The notes: generated by a model from the letters alone, not told the origin. Numbered from the stretch's first letter, positions 1 to 11,086 are shown. The stretch: DNA of 64,000 nt from Treponemataceae bacterium (GCA_963667725.2 CAXXHO010000007.1:1-64000), one strand, 5' to 3'. Translations and numbers: made by a program.

Positions 1-332
1 GCCCACGAGGACGATTCCGTTGGTGAGGATATCCTTCCTGCTGCCCGGCTCGAGGAGGCCGGCCTTCTGGAGGCTGTCCATGTCCTCGGCCGCGGCGGAG
101 AAAAAGACATCGACCGGCGCGCCTTCCCGATCTGTCTGCGCAGGGTGCCGGAGGCGCCGAAGTTGAAGAGTATCCTGGCGCCGGAGGCGGCCTCGGCTTC
201 GGCCTTGAGTCCGGAGAGCGCGTCGGTGAGGCTCGAGGCCGCGGCGACCAGCAGCTCGTTCGGGGCCGCCGCCGCGGCGATGGGGAGGAGAAAGGCCGCC
301 ATGAGCGCGGCGAAGGTAATGGATTTCTTCAC
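1..332 (-). CDS. modA: Molybdate/tungstate ABC substrate-binding protein, 5' part (runs off window; apparent 1-nt frameshift near 127)
   Basis: Manual translation from GTG 332: signal peptide, LLVAAASSL, FNFGASGTLRRQI; EGAPVDVFFSAA continues in a shifted frame. Confidence 0.8.
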   Translation of the reverse strand, partial: MKKSITFAALMAAFLLPIAAAAAPNELLVAAASSLTDALSGLKAEAEAASGARILFNFGASGTLRRQIGKARRSMSFSPPRPRTWTASRRPASSSRAAGRISSPTESSSW

Positions 333-392
333 TGTTTCGCCTTTCGTGAGCTGTGGCGGACGCGGAGCGTCGGGCCACTGTGCCAAGTCGCA

Positions 393-409
393 TACTCACT
401 GAGTGAGTA
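393..409. promoter_or_regulatory. Perfect 8-1-8 inverted repeat, candidate operator
   Basis: TACTCACT-G-AGTGAGTA between divergent modA and PadR genes. Confidence 0.55.
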
Positions 410-565
410 GTATCCTGCCCGCGGCGCGGCGTCAAGGCGAATCGCGCCGCGCGGCTGCCCCTCGGGGGCTCGCGCATGCGCCGGGCTGTGGCGCGCGGCG
501 GCAGGCGCGGCTGCCGCGCCGCAGTTTCGCTTGACAAGCGCCGGGGCGCCCCCTACTGTCTACCC

Positions 566-1213
566 GTGGCTGCAGAAAAAAATGGCGCCCCGGCGCGGCG
601 TCCCCCCGATCTCCGTCCCGAGTTCGTGGCGCTGGGCTTGCTCGCCGAGGGGCCGGCCCACGGCTACGAGCTTTTCAGGCGTTTCAAGGCTTCCCTGGGA
701 GGGCTGTGGCGCATCAGCGAGAGCCAGTTCTACGCCACGCTCAAGCGCCTCGAGGCTCGCGGCCTCGCCCGCCCCGCGGACGCGGCTCCGACAGCCGCGG
801 CTCCCGCGGCCGAAGCTCCTTCCGGCGGCGCCCCCGGTCCACGGGTCCTGTCCCTCACGCCCGAAGGTCGGGCGCTCTTCGATGCCTGGCTCGCGGAGCC
901 CACGGCACCGAGTTCGCGGCTCCTCCATCTGGAATTCCTCGCCCGGCTGCATTTCCTCGCCCGGCTCAGCCCGGAAAGGGTCGCCGGCGAGGCTGCCGCC
1001 GCCGCCGAAGCTCAGGCCCGCGCCCTCGCCGGCGACATCGCGCGGCTCGAGGCGGCGCAGCCGGCGATGTCCTCCGCCGATCCGGCCGGCCTCGACGTGG
1101 GCGCCCTTTCGGCAGCCTTCAGATTGAGCCAGCTCCGCGCCGCCCTCGCCTGGATCGGGGAGTCGGTGCTGCCGGCTATCGCCGCGGTCTTCAGCGGATC
1201 GAACCGGGCTTGA
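566..1213 (+). CDS. PadR-family transcriptional regulator
   Basis: LGLLAEGPAHGYEL...SQFYATLKRLEARGL...LTPEGR; GTG 566 taken as start. Confidence 0.85.
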   Translation: MAAEKNGAPARRPPDLRPEFVALGLLAEGPAHGYELFRRFKASLGGLWRISESQFYATLKRLEARGLARPADAAPTAAAPAAEAPSGGAPGPRVLSLTPEGRALFDAWLAEPTAPSSRLLHLEFLARLHFLARLSPERVAGEAAAAAEAQARALAGDIARLEAAQPAMSSADPAGLDVGALSAAFRLSQLRAALAWIGESVLPAIAAVFSGSNRA

Positions 1214-2099
1214 GGTTCTCCGCGTTGAGGGCGCCCATCCGCGCGCCGTCCGCGATCGCGCCGCGCAGGGTGGCTCCGTTCGCCAGGGCATAGGCCAGAC
1301 CTGCGGTGAAGGAGTCGCCCGATCCCGTCGGGTTGATCGCCTTCGCCCGCACGATCGGTTCCTCCGCCGCCAGCCCTCCTTCGTTGAACCAGATCGGCTT
1401 GCCTCCCCGCGTGATCACGAGCTCGGTGCCATAGCGCTCCTTCAGCGAGGCGGCCGCGGAGCGCACGTGCTCGCGCAGCGCCTCCCCCTCGCCGGCTCCT
1501 GCGGGGGCGGGGAAGGTGCCCAGGAACTCGCTCAGGTTGGGCTTCACGACGGCCGGCCCGAAGGGCAGGCAGGCGAGGAGGTCCTTTCCTTTTATGTCGA
1601 GGACGATCAGGGCGCCGCGGGCCGCCGCCCTCTCCACCATGGCGGGGATGATCCCGTCGGAGTAGCCGGTCGCCTTCGTGCCCGATACGACGAGGACGTC
1701 GAAGCCGGGGATCGCGGCGTCGAAGAGCTCGAGGAGCCGCTCCTCGGTGCCCGGCCCGATGGGCGAGGCTTCTTCGACGAGTTCGGTGGCGGTGTGCGCC
1801 TCGGCGTCGATCACGGTGGTGCAGATGCGCGCCTCGGAGCCCGAGTCGACCCAGCGGACGTCGAGGCCGTCGGCGGCGCAGAGGGCGAGGAACCATTCGC
1901 GGTTGGCCCCGCCCGCGTGCGTGAGGTGAGCCACCTCGGCGCCGCGCTGCGAGAGCACGCGCGCGACGTTGATGCCCTTTCCGGAGGCGTCGGTGCGCGC
2001 GATCCGCGCGCGGTTCACGTGGTCGATGGCGAGGCCGTCGAACACGAGGGTTTTCTGGATGACGGGGTTGAGGCAGACTGCGAGGAATTTTTTAGGCAT
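1191..2099 (-). CDS. PfkB-family 1-phosphofructokinase-like kinase
   Basis: LNP, GKGINVARVL, VKPNLSE, NPTGSGDSF motifs. Confidence 0.85.
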   Translation of the reverse strand: MPKKFLAVCLNPVIQKTLVFDGLAIDHVNRARIARTDASGKGINVARVLSQRGAEVAHLTHAGGANREWFLALCAADGLDVRWVDSGSEARICTTVIDAEAHTATELVEEASPIGPGTEERLLELFDAAIPGFDVLVVSGTKATGYSDGIIPAMVERAAARGALIVLDIKGKDLLACLPFGPAVVKPNLSEFLGTFPAPAGAGEGEALREHVRSAAASLKERYGTELVITRGGKPIWFNEGGLAAEEPIVRAKAINPTGSGDSFTAGLAYALANGATLRGAIADGARMGALNAENLKPGSIR

Positions 2100-2273
2100 G
2101 CCGAGACAATAGCCGCCTCGTTCCGCGCCTGTCAAGGCGAAGCCTTTTTAGAGGGGCGGCGCGACGGCGCGGGCGGGCGGAGAGCATCCGCGACGGTCTC
2201 GTCGCATCTCCGATTTCAATAAGACCTGGCCATAATTGCCATTCCCCGTCAATTCGCGTAACTTTTGATACAT

Positions 2274-3926
2274 ATGACGGCAGCACAACAATCCGGCGCG
2301 TCCAGCGCGCGATCTCTTCTCATGGGCCTTTTGGGTGCCCTGGCCGGGGCTTCGCTCTTGGCCTGCAGTCTGCCCTCCTCGCCGACCATAGGCGGCTCGA
2401 TCGACATCAACTTCGACCTTTCCGCCCAATCGGCGCTCAAAATCAATTTCCAAGGCAGCGACACGGCGAAGGTAAAGCTCGTCAACGTGCCTGCGGGGCA
2501 ATTATATCTGGCGAAAGCCAATGTGTCGGGGACGGCTACCGCCGCTTCGAATACGGGGTCGGTGGCTTCCTTCGCGGCGGTGAGGGAAGCGGCGGCCGCG
2601 CGCGGGGCAGCGTCCCTGCCGGGCATCCTGATGGATAAGCCTGAGGCCCGCGACTTCGTCCCTCCCCCGGGAGCGACGTCCCGCCTGATCAGGCCCTCGG
2701 GCAGCGTCATCAGCTTCGGCCCCGCGAACGGAACCCTGACAGTTGGCAGTTCCACGAGACAGTTCTGGGTGCAGACGACGGGCCAAACCACCTGGACCCA
2801 GCAGACGGCCACCCTCCGCGCCGCCACCAGCATCGCCTATATCTGGGTCGCGAACAGCAACTATTGGAATCTCTCAGCCCTTGGCAACGACAACCTCCTC
2901 AATCAGTCGCAGATCGACGCTCTCGGCCAGAAATTCGGGACCAACCCGACGACAGGGAACGGCATCAGGGCTCTCGTGTCCAACATCTTTTCCACCGAGT
3001 ATGGCGGGGAAGTCGGGGGCAATGGCGGCATCGACGGCGACCAGCATGTCCAGATTTTCATCTATGATATCGACGGGGATTACAGCTCGACCCAGTCGAG
3101 CGGCATGGTGGGCTATTTCTGGGCGAAGGATGAATATCTCGACGCGTCGGTAGCTCCAACCTACCGCTCCAACGAGGCCGAGCTCTTCTATCTGGACGCG
3201 TATTTCGCCGACCTTGATGCCGATCTGAGCGCCTCGACCTTGGCGCACGAGTATCAGCACATGATTCAGTTCAATCAGAAAAAGCTATTGAGAGGCGTTG
3301 AGGCCTCGACATGGTTCGACGAGATGTGTTCCATGGCGAGCGAGGATTTCGTCGGGCAAGCTCTCGGCATACCCGACTCGTCTTCTCCCCGCTCTCGCGT
3401 TCCCCAGTTCAACGCTTCCTACTACCAGGCCGGCGTCACGGAATGGCTGACCGGCAGCGATGTCCTCAAGAGCTACGCGGCGCTTTATGTCTTCGGCGCC
3501 TACCTCTCCCGGAATTTAGGCGGAGCTGCCCTTTTCCACGACCTTGTCGTTTCTTCCCAGGTGGACCAGACGGCCATAAGCTCCGCCCTGCAGGCGGTCG
3601 GCACGGGCACGACCTTCGACGCCGCCTTCCGCGACTACAGCTCGACCTTTGTCTTCGGGAATCCAGCCCCCTCAGGCGCTTATTCCTTTCCCGCGAAAGC
3701 CTCGCTCTACAATGGCGTAACGTACAACCTCCCCGCCTTCGCCCTCTCCGATTACAGCCCAAGCCTCACGGTCTTTTCCCCCAGCGGCCAGGTGGACCTT
3801 CGCCCTTACGGCCACAGCATCCACGGCATCTCCTCCTGGTCCAACCCGGCCGAGGGTACGGTGGTCACGGTGCTGAGGCCGGCCGACGCGGATGTGCAGG
3901 TGTCCCTGTTGTTCGTGAAAAATTGA
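2274..3926 (+). CDS. Lipoprotein zinc metallopeptidase (M30-like)
   Basis: Lipobox LLAC; AHEYQH (HExxH) followed by WFDE. Confidence 0.7.
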   Translation: MTAAQQSGASSARSLLMGLLGALAGASLLACSLPSSPTIGGSIDINFDLSAQSALKINFQGSDTAKVKLVNVPAGQLYLAKANVSGTATAASNTGSVASFAAVREAAAARGAASLPGILMDKPEARDFVPPPGATSRLIRPSGSVISFGPANGTLTVGSSTRQFWVQTTGQTTWTQQTATLRAATSIAYIWVANSNYWNLSALGNDNLLNQSQIDALGQKFGTNPTTGNGIRALVSNIFSTEYGGEVGGNGGIDGDQHVQIFIYDIDGDYSSTQSSGMVGYFWAKDEYLDASVAPTYRSNEAELFYLDAYFADLDADLSASTLAHEYQHMIQFNQKKLLRGVEASTWFDEMCSMASEDFVGQALGIPDSSSPRSRVPQFNASYYQAGVTEWLTGSDVLKSYAALYVFGAYLSRNLGGAALFHDLVVSSQVDQTAISSALQAVGTGTTFDAAFRDYSSTFVFGNPAPSGAYSFPAKASLYNGVTYNLPAFALSDYSPSLTVFSPSGQVDLRPYGHSIHGISSWSNPAEGTVVTVLRPADADVQVSLLFVKN

Positions 3927-4047
3927 TGGGATAACGGGAGAGGAAACCCTTTCCCGTGAATCATTCCAATCCTGTTATCCTGTCGCGGCTTCTTCCCCGT
4001 TCCGCGCGCCTGAGACCTCGGCTATAATGAAAGGACAGGAGTCCGCC

Positions 4048-5220
4048 ATGGAAAATTTCGTTTCCCAGCTTCCCACCAAGATCATCTTCGGGCGCGGCAC
4101 GGAGGCCGGCGTCGGCGCCGAAGCCGCCCGCTATTCAAAGAAAGCCCTCCTCCACTTCGGCGGTTCCAGCGCCGAGAAATCCGGCCTCCTGGCCCGCGTG
4201 CGCGCCTCCCTCGCCGCCGCCGGCGTCGAGTGGGTCGAGCTGGGCGGCGTCAAGCCGAACCCCGCGCTGAGCATGGTCCGCCGCGGCATCGCCCTCGCCA
4301 GGGCGGAGAAGGTCGGCATCGTCCTCGCTGTGGGCGGGGGCTCCGTCATCGACTCGGCCAAGGCCATCGCCGTGGGCGCCTTGGCCAGCCGCGATATTTG
4401 GGATTTCTACTCGGGCGCCGCCCCCGAGCCGGTGGAAGCCCTGCCCGTCGGCACCGTCCTCACCATCCCGGCGGCCGGCAGCGAATCCTCGGGCGGCTCC
4501 GTCGTCACCAACGAGGAGGGCGCCCTCAAGCGGGCCCTCAACGCGGACTGCATCGTACCCCGCTTCTCGATCCTCAACCCCGAGCTCGCCATGACCCTGC
4601 CCGCCGGCCAGATCGCGAACGGCGCGGCCGACATCATGGCCCACCTCTTCGAGCGCTACTTCACGAACGTGAGGCACGTCGACTTCTCCGACCGCCTCAT
4701 CGAGGGAACCCTGCGCGCCGTGATCGCCGCCGCGCCGAAGATTCTCGCGGACCGGAACGACTACGACGCCTGGGCCGAGCTGATGTGGGCCGGCTGCCTG
4801 GCGCACAACAACCTCCTCGACCGGGGGCGGATCGGCGACTGGGCCTCGCACATGATCGAGCACGAGCTCTCCGGCATCTACGACGTCGCCCACGGCGCCG
4901 GCTTGGCCGTGATCTTCCCCGCCTGGATGAAGTACACGCTCTCCCACGACGTCGCGCGCTTCGCCCAGCTCGCCGTGCGCGTCTGGGGCGTCGAGCCCGG
5001 CTACTTCGACCAGGAGGCGGTCGCCTGCGAGGGCATCGCGCGCCTCGAGGCTTTTTGGAAAGGGCTCGGCCTTGCGGTCCGCCTCTCCGGCCTCGGCATC
5101 GGCCTGGACCGCGCCGCCGAGATGGCGCGCAAGTGCACCGAGGGCGACGCCTTCACCACCGGCCAGTTCGTCAAGCTGACCTCGGCCGACATCGAGAGGA
5201 TCTACAAGCTCGCGGAGTGA
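4048..5220 (+). CDS. Iron-containing alcohol dehydrogenase (butanol dehydrogenase-like)
   Basis: GGGSVIDSAK, AAGSES, HMIEHELS, HGAGLA. Confidence 0.9.
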   Translation: MENFVSQLPTKIIFGRGTEAGVGAEAARYSKKALLHFGGSSAEKSGLLARVRASLAAAGVEWVELGGVKPNPALSMVRRGIALARAEKVGIVLAVGGGSVIDSAKAIAVGALASRDIWDFYSGAAPEPVEALPVGTVLTIPAAGSESSGGSVVTNEEGALKRALNADCIVPRFSILNPELAMTLPAGQIANGAADIMAHLFERYFTNVRHVDFSDRLIEGTLRAVIAAAPKILADRNDYDAWAELMWAGCLAHNNLLDRGRIGDWASHMIEHELSGIYDVAHGAGLAVIFPAWMKYTLSHDVARFAQLAVRVWGVEPGYFDQEAVACEGIARLEAFWKGLGLAVRLSGLGIGLDRAAEMARKCTEGDAFTTGQFVKLTSADIERIYKLAE

Positions 5221-5321
5221 GGGCCGCAAGCGTTATAGCCGCGATGTCAATTTATTCTAACAAATATGTACTTATACGAATAAGTATGTATAATTCAGTA
5301 TAAGTTCCTATAGGAGGCCAT

Positions 5322-6521
5322 ATGGATACTACAAGAAATCCGTTTGCCCCAGGAGCCGGATCGCCTCCTCCCGAGCTTGTTGGCCGAGGCGAAGTCCTTG
5401 AACAGGCTAAAGTCCTCCTGGGGCGGGTGAAAAACCATCGATCCGAGAAGAGTCTTCTTTTGCATGGGCTTAGGGGTGTAGGAAAGACTGTTTTATTGAA
5501 TGAGATAGAACACCTTGCTCAAGAATACGGCTATAAGACCATCCTCGTTGAAGCGAGCGAGAGCAAGTCCCTTGCCGCCGTGATCGCACCGCAGCTCAGG
5601 AAGATCTTGTTCTCCTTGGACAGGATGGCAAATGTCGGCAACAAGGTTAAAACGGCCCTTGCGGCTCTGAAGGGTTTTATTGGAGTTGTGAAAGTAAGCA
5701 TGGGGGACATCGAACTAGGAATCGATACCGATCCCCTTATCGGCGTTGGTGATAGCGGCGATCTGGAAATCGATTTGCCCGATTTATTGGCCGCAGTGGC
5801 GGAAGCGGCCGATGAACGAGGTAGCGCAGTCGCTTTATTGATCGATGAGATCCAGTACTTTTCGTCAAAAGAATTAAGCTCCCTCATCATGGCGATGCAT
5901 CGGATGCAGCAGAAAAGCCTTCCGCTCGTACTTGTGGGAGCAGGGCTTCCGATACTTCCCGGACTCGCTGGAGAATCAAAATCGTATGCTGAAAGGCTCT
6001 TCAGCTTTCCGACAATCGGAGCGCTGACTAAGCAGGATGCGATGAAAGCTTTGCAGGAACCGGTGTTGAGAGAAGGAATTGAATTTTCCGAATCGGCTCT
6101 GATATCTATCTTCAAGAAGACTCAGGGCTATCCATATTTCATCCAGGAATGGGGATATCAGGCTTGGAACTATGCATATAAATCCCCGATCGATGAGCCA
6201 GTCATTGGCGAAGTATCGCGTCTTGTCGGAAAGCGTCTGGACGAAAATTTCTTTAAAGTCCGATTTGATCGGCTGACTCCTCGGGAGAAAATATTCCTTC
6301 GAGCGATGGCGGAGTCTGGAAAGGGACATAGTAAAACAAGCAGTGTCGCTGATCTTCTCAATGTAAAAGTGACTTCCCTTGGGCCATTGCGCGCCGGTTT
6401 GATAAGGAAAGGAATGATCTATAGCCCCGCCTTCGGCGAAATGACCTTTACGGTACCACTGTTCGATGAATTTATAAAACGTGCGATTCCCGATTTGCCG
6501 GCAGCGAGATTGTCGGACTAG
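5322..6521 (+). CDS. P-loop AAA ATPase with probable C-terminal winged helix
   Basis: NPFAPGAG, Walker A GLRGVGKT, Walker B LLIDEIQ, GYPYFIQ; lower GC than flanks. Confidence 0.8.
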   Translation: MDTTRNPFAPGAGSPPPELVGRGEVLEQAKVLLGRVKNHRSEKSLLLHGLRGVGKTVLLNEIEHLAQEYGYKTILVEASESKSLAAVIAPQLRKILFSLDRMANVGNKVKTALAALKGFIGVVKVSMGDIELGIDTDPLIGVGDSGDLEIDLPDLLAAVAEAADERGSAVALLIDEIQYFSSKELSSLIMAMHRMQQKSLPLVLVGAGLPILPGLAGESKSYAERLFSFPTIGALTKQDAMKALQEPVLREGIEFSESALISIFKKTQGYPYFIQEWGYQAWNYAYKSPIDEPVIGEVSRLVGKRLDENFFKVRFDRLTPREKIFLRAMAESGKGHSKTSSVADLLNVKVTSLGPLRAGLIRKGMIYSPAFGEMTFTVPLFDEFIKRAIPDLPAARLSD

Positions 6522-6645
6522 GGGAATCAATGACCGCCTTTCCACTGGAAGGGTTCCGATTTTGTCAAAACGTCAGTGTATTCTGCATAATCTCCTGCAA
6601 GCTTTTTTGATTACAATAAAAAATTGGGAGAAAGCGCGGTTATAT

Positions 6646-6675
6646 AAAAAGCTGCCCGAAAACGGGCAGCTTTTT
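6646..6675. terminator. Bidirectional intrinsic terminator
   Basis: AAAAA-GCTGCCCG-AAAA-CGGGCAGC-TTTTT between convergent genes. Confidence 0.8.
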
Positions 6676-6698
6676 GCATATTTAGTCTCGAACAAATT

Positions 6699-8507
6699 CT
6701 ACTTATACATCGGCCCCAGCGCCGCGCAGGCGCGGTAGTCCGAGCCCTCGGCGTCCATCCCGAAGGCGCGCCAGTAGCTCGGCCTGAATATCTCGTCGGC
6801 CGGCACGTTGTGCATTGCCACGGGAATGCGCAGCATCGAGGCCAGGGTGACGAGGTCGGCGCCGATGTGGCCGTAGGAGATCGCGCCGTGGTTGGCGCCC
6901 CAATTGGCCATCACCGAGTACACGTCCTTGAAGGCGCCCTCGCCGGTCGTCCTGGGCACGAACCAGGTGGTCGGCCAGGTCGGGTCGGTGCGGAGGTCGA
7001 GCTTGTCGTGGACGTTGGCCGGCAGGGTGGCGGTCCAGCCCTCGGCGATCTGGAGCATGGGCCCCAGGCCCTTCACCATGTTGACGCGCATCATCGTCAC
7101 GGGCATGCCGCCCTCGGTCAGGAAGTCCGAGGAATAGCCGCCGCCGCGGAAGTAGCCCAGGGAGGCGTAGCGCCAGCTCGTGGCGTCGAGGCAGGCTACG
7201 GCGTCCTTCTCGGTGACGTCCCACCACTGCTTCATCGTCGGCTTGCCGTCGGCGTCGCGCTGGGCGCCGGTGCCGTCCATGGTGGTCGCGCCGGAGTTGA
7301 TCAGGTGGATGAAGCCGTCCTTGGCCACGCCCGTGGGCTTCCAGCCGGTGACGCGCTCGACCGCCTCGGGGCTCCAGTAGGTGCGCACGTCGGAGAAGAT
7401 CTGCGCGCGGCCGGTGAGCAGGTGGCCGAAGAGCATGGCCACGCCGTTCAGGGAGTCGTTCTCGGTGGCGACGATGTAGGGTTCGCGGATGCCGTTCCAG
7501 TCGAAGCTGGAGTTGAGCAGGGTCTCGAGGAAGTCGCCGTTGGGCGAGTGGTCGTTCCAGTGGCGCTGGCCCTGGAAGCCGCCCAGGATGGCGTTGTGGC
7601 CGAGGGCTTCCTCGTCCAGGCCCTTGCGGCTCAAGGAGGGGTTGCCGACCATCAGGTCGCGCATGATCATCGCCATCTTGACGCAGGTCTCCCAGACCTT
7701 GTCCTTCTTGGCGCGGGAGTGCTGGACCGCGGGCGGGTTGTTGTCCGGGCCCTCCTTGCAGTGCTGCTTGGTCCAGGCCAGGGCGCGCCTGAACTCGGCG
7801 TCTGAGTAGATCTTCTCCTCCAGGCGGCGGGTGATCTCGCTCATGTCCACGTACTCGTTGCGCATGCCCAGGTAGTCCTGGAAGAAGTCCGGGTCGACGG
7901 TGGAGCCGGCGATGCCCATGGAGACCGAGCCCAGGGAGAGGTAGCTCTTGCCGCGCATGGTGGCGGCGGCCACCGCCGCGCGGGCGAAGCGCAGTATCTT
8001 GTCGGCGACGTCGGCGGGGATGGTGCCGATGTCGTTCATGTCCTGGACGTCGCGGCCGTAGATGCCGAAGGCGGGCAGGCCCTTCTGGCTGTGCGCGGCC
8101 AGGACGGCGGCTAGGTAGACGGCGCCGGGCCTGTCCGTGCCGTTGAAGCCCCACACAGCCTTGATGGTGGAGCGGTCCATGTCCATGGTCTCGGAGCCGT
8201 AGCACCAGCAGGGCGTCACGGTGAGCGTGACGGCCACGCCCTCGCGCTCGAACTTCTCTTGGCAAGCCGCCGCCTCGGTCACGCCGCCGATCGTCGTATC
8301 GGCGATCACGCACTCCACCGGCTGGCCGGAGGCGTGGCGCAGGTTCTCGGAAATAAGCTTGGCGGCCGCGACCGCCATGCCCATGGTCACTTCTTCCAGG
8401 CTCTCGCGCACGCCGCGGCGGCGCCCGTCGATGGCCGGCCTGATCCCGACCTTGGGCAGACCGCCCTTGAGCCGCATCGTCGGGGCTTTTACTTCGAATT
8501 CTGCCAT
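6699..8507 (-). CDS. fucI: L-fucose isomerase
   Basis: [40 protein letters not shown]; 602 aa. Confidence 0.95.
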   Translation of the reverse strand: MAEFEVKAPTMRLKGGLPKVGIRPAIDGRRRGVRESLEEVTMGMAVAAAKLISENLRHASGQPVECVIADTTIGGVTEAAACQEKFEREGVAVTLTVTPCWCYGSETMDMDRSTIKAVWGFNGTDRPGAVYLAAVLAAHSQKGLPAFGIYGRDVQDMNDIGTIPADVADKILRFARAAVAAATMRGKSYLSLGSVSMGIAGSTVDPDFFQDYLGMRNEYVDMSEITRRLEEKIYSDAEFRRALAWTKQHCKEGPDNNPPAVQHSRAKKDKVWETCVKMAMIMRDLMVGNPSLSRKGLDEEALGHNAILGGFQGQRHWNDHSPNGDFLETLLNSSFDWNGIREPYIVATENDSLNGVAMLFGHLLTGRAQIFSDVRTYWSPEAVERVTGWKPTGVAKDGFIHLINSGATTMDGTGAQRDADGKPTMKQWWDVTEKDAVACLDATSWRYASLGYFRGGGYSSDFLTEGGMPVTMMRVNMVKGLGPMLQIAEGWTATLPANVHDKLDLRTDPTWPTTWFVPRTTGEGAFKDVYSVMANWGANHGAISYGHIGADLVTLASMLRIPVAMHNVPADEIFRPSYWRAFGMDAEGSDYRACAALGPMYK

Positions 8508-8536
8508 ATCGATCCTCCTGATGGAATTTTGTTCGT

Positions 8537-9544
8537 TTATTGTCTGACCGCGTGCCGTATCAGCCGCGTCTTAAGCCTGATTATCTGGGCCGCGCTCTCC
8601 TCGGGTTCCCTGATCCGCTTTATGATCAGCCTGGCCGCCGTCTTGCCCAGCTCGGCGATGGGCTGTTGCACCGAGTAGCGGCAGAAGCGCAGCAGGGGCG
8701 AGTAGGGCATCTCGTCGAAGGCCGCGAACACCGTCCGCGGAGCCCGCGCGCGGCCTTCGGTCAAAAGGTAGTTCGTCGCGCCGATGTGCGTGAAGGCGTT
8801 CACCAGGAACCATGCGTCCGGCGAATCCTCGCGCTTCACCATCTCCTCCATGGCGTGGTAGCCGAAGGGAAGGGTCGGGGGGCCGAAGCGGACGAACTCC
8901 TCCTCGATCGGGAGGCCCGCTTCCTCCATGGCCCGCTTGTAGCCCGAGAAGCGCTCGATCGATGTCGAGATCTCGGGCTTGCCGCCGATGAAGCCGATGC
9001 GCGCGCAGCCGTCCCTGATCAGGGCGCTCGTGGCCTCGTAGGCGCCCTCCTCGTTCTCGGTCAGCACGGTGTCGACGCCGATGTCCTTGACCATGCGGTC
9101 GACGCAGACCACGGGGATGCCGCAGTCCTTCAAAAAGGCGAAGTGCGCGCCGCGGTCGGTGGCCGGGATCATGACGACGCCGTCCACCAGGCGCTCGGCA
9201 AGGTGCCGCAAGCGCTTGGCCTCTTCCTCGATCGAGTCGTGGGACACGCAGACGACGAGGGAGTAGCCGTTGGCCTGGAGCTCGCGGTCCATGCTCTCGG
9301 CGATGTACATGAAGTAGTCGCCCGACAGGTCGGGCGCCATGATGCCGATGGTCTTGGTGCGCGAGGTCTTGAGGCTGCGCGCCACGAAGTTTACCTTGTA
9401 GCCCAGCCGGTCCATGGCCTCGTGCACCTTGTCGCGGGTAGCCTGGGCCACGCGGTCGTCGTCGTTGAGCACGCGCGACACCGTGGCGGTGGACACGAGG
9501 GCATACCTCGCCACGTCGCGGATCGTCACGCTGCGCTTGGTCAT
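8537..9544 (-). CDS. LacI-family regulator
   Basis: [25 protein letters not shown] plus sugar-binding domain. Confidence 0.92.
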   Translation of the reverse strand: MTKRSVTIRDVARYALVSTATVSRVLNDDDRVAQATRDKVHEAMDRLGYKVNFVARSLKTSRTKTIGIMAPDLSGDYFMYIAESMDRELQANGYSLVVCVSHDSIEEEAKRLRHLAERLVDGVVMIPATDRGAHFAFLKDCGIPVVCVDRMVKDIGVDTVLTENEEGAYEATSALIRDGCARIGFIGGKPEISTSIERFSGYKRAMEEAGLPIEEEFVRFGPPTLPFGYHAMEEMVKREDSPDAWFLVNAFTHIGATNYLLTEGRARAPRTVFAAFDEMPYSPLLRFCRYSVQQPIAELGKTAARLIIKRIREPEESAAQIIRLKTRLIRHAVRQ

Positions 9545-9557
9545 GGCTGGCCTCTCC

Positions 9558-9998
9558 TCACTCGACCGTGATGGGCGGAACGCCCTTCTTGAGGATGATG
9601 TTGCCGTAGGGGGCCGTCTCGCCCGTCATCACGACGGCGAAGGCCTTCCTCGTGCGCTCGTAGAAGGCGAAGCGCTCCATGCGCGCGATGGGCGGGGTGT
9701 CGGGCCAGTAGCGGTCGACCGCCTCGCGGTAGCGGCGCTCGACGGACATGTCGACAGTGTCGCCGGCCGAAGGCTGCATCATGACGACCGGCGCCTTGTC
9801 GTAGGCGTCTAGGTTTATGAGGCGCAGGATCCCGTCCAGCAGGTCGGCGATCTTGATCCCGTCGGCGCGGACCACCCGCGCGTTCAGGGCGTCGCCGGTG
9901 AAAAAGGCGTCCGCGAGGACGATCTCGTCGCCGTGCCCCATGCGGTAGAGCACGGACAGCAGTTCGGCGGAGATGCAGGGTTTGATGCCGATAAGCAT
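9558..9998 (-). CDS. fucU: RbsD/FucU-family mutarotase
   Basis: MGHGDEIVLADA, ERFAFYER, YGNIILKKG. Confidence 0.88.
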   Translation of the reverse strand: MLIGIKPCISAELLSVLYRMGHGDEIVLADAFFTGDALNARVVRADGIKIADLLDGILRLINLDAYDKAPVVMMQPSAGDTVDMSVERRYREAVDRYWPDTPPIARMERFAFYERTRKAFAVVMTGETAPYGNIILKKGVPPITVE

Positions 9999-10024
9999 AG
10001 CTGCCTCCTATAGTCCCGGCGGCC

Positions 10025-10984
10025 TTAAAGGCCGCAGCCGGGGTAAGCCCGCTCGAGTTCGGCGAGGGTGGGGGGATTGGCCCCCTCCTTCGTGCAGTTG
10101 AGGGCGGCCGCCGCCGCCGCGAAGCGCAGGAGCGCCTCGAGTTCGGCGGCTTCGAGCCCGGCCAGCTTTTCGCGGCTGTCCGCGCCCCTGCGGTCCAGGG
10201 CGGCGAGCACCGCCGCGTGGAAGGTGTCGCCCGCGCCGATCGTGTCCACCACGGGCACGGCGAAGGCCGGCAGGCTCGCCTTCGCCTTCCGGGTCGCGGC
10301 GGAGCTGCCTTTGTCGCCCCGCGTCACAAAGACGAGTTCGGGGCCCAATTCCAATATGTGCGATACGACCTCGTCCTCGGGGACGGGGCCGTAGAGCCAT
10401 TCGAGGTCGGAGTCCGAAGCCTTCACGATGCCGCAGGCGCCGCAGAGGGCTTCGAATTTCTTCAGGTAGGCCGCCCGGTCGGGGATGAGGGAGGGCCTGA
10501 TGTTCGGGTCGAAGCTGACGATGAGCCGGTTTTTCTCGCGCTCCACGAGCCTGAGGATCGTGCTCGCCTCCGGCTCCATGACGATGGAGATCGATCCCGC
10601 CAGGAGGAAGCGCGCCTCGGGCGGCAGGGCGGGCGGGATGTCGGCCCAGGAGAGGGAGCGGTCGGCCGCGCCCTCGGCGTAGAAGGCGTAGCGCGCCTCG
10701 CCGGCGGCGTTCTTTTCGACGAAGGCCAGGAGGACGGGACGGTCGCTGCGCACCAGGAGATCCGTGCCCACCTTGTTCTCGGCGAGCCGCGCGAAAAGCT
10801 TGTCGCCGAGGAAATCGGAGGCCATGGCCCCCAGGAACCGCGTGTCGGCGCCGAGGCGCGCGGCGGCGATGGCGCTGTTGTAGGGGCAGCCGCCGGGAGC
10901 GACCCGGAAGCTCCCGTAAGGTGTCTTCTCGCCGGTCTCGGCGGGCACCATGTCGATCAGGTTTTCCCCACAGCAGATGATCAT
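10025..10984 (-). CDS. PfkB-family carbohydrate kinase
   Basis: GENLID, PGGCPYN, FDPNIR, VDTIGAGDTF. Confidence 0.88.
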   Translation of the reverse strand: MIICCGENLIDMVPAETGEKTPYGSFRVAPGGCPYNSAIAAARLGADTRFLGAMASDFLGDKLFARLAENKVGTDLLVRSDRPVLLAFVEKNAAGEARYAFYAEGAADRSLSWADIPPALPPEARFLLAGSISIVMEPEASTILRLVEREKNRLIVSFDPNIRPSLIPDRAAYLKKFEALCGACGIVKASDSDLEWLYGPVPEDEVVSHILELGPELVFVTRGDKGSSAATRKAKASLPAFAVPVVDTIGAGDTFHAAVLAALDRRGADSREKLAGLEAAELEALLRFAAAAAALNCTKEGANPPTLAELERAYPGCGL

Positions 10985-11086
10985 CGCGCAGCTCCGAATG
11001 TTTTCCTAATGATGAGTGGAAGAATAGCGCCCCGCCGCCGCGGAGGCCGCGGGGCGCTAAAGCTAAAGTACCTTACCGAAGAACGC

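Noticed and set aside
5255..5265. TTCTAACAAAT resembling an attC R'' near the solitary ATPase
   Set aside because: No L boxes or matching R'; lies upstream of the gene; likely chance
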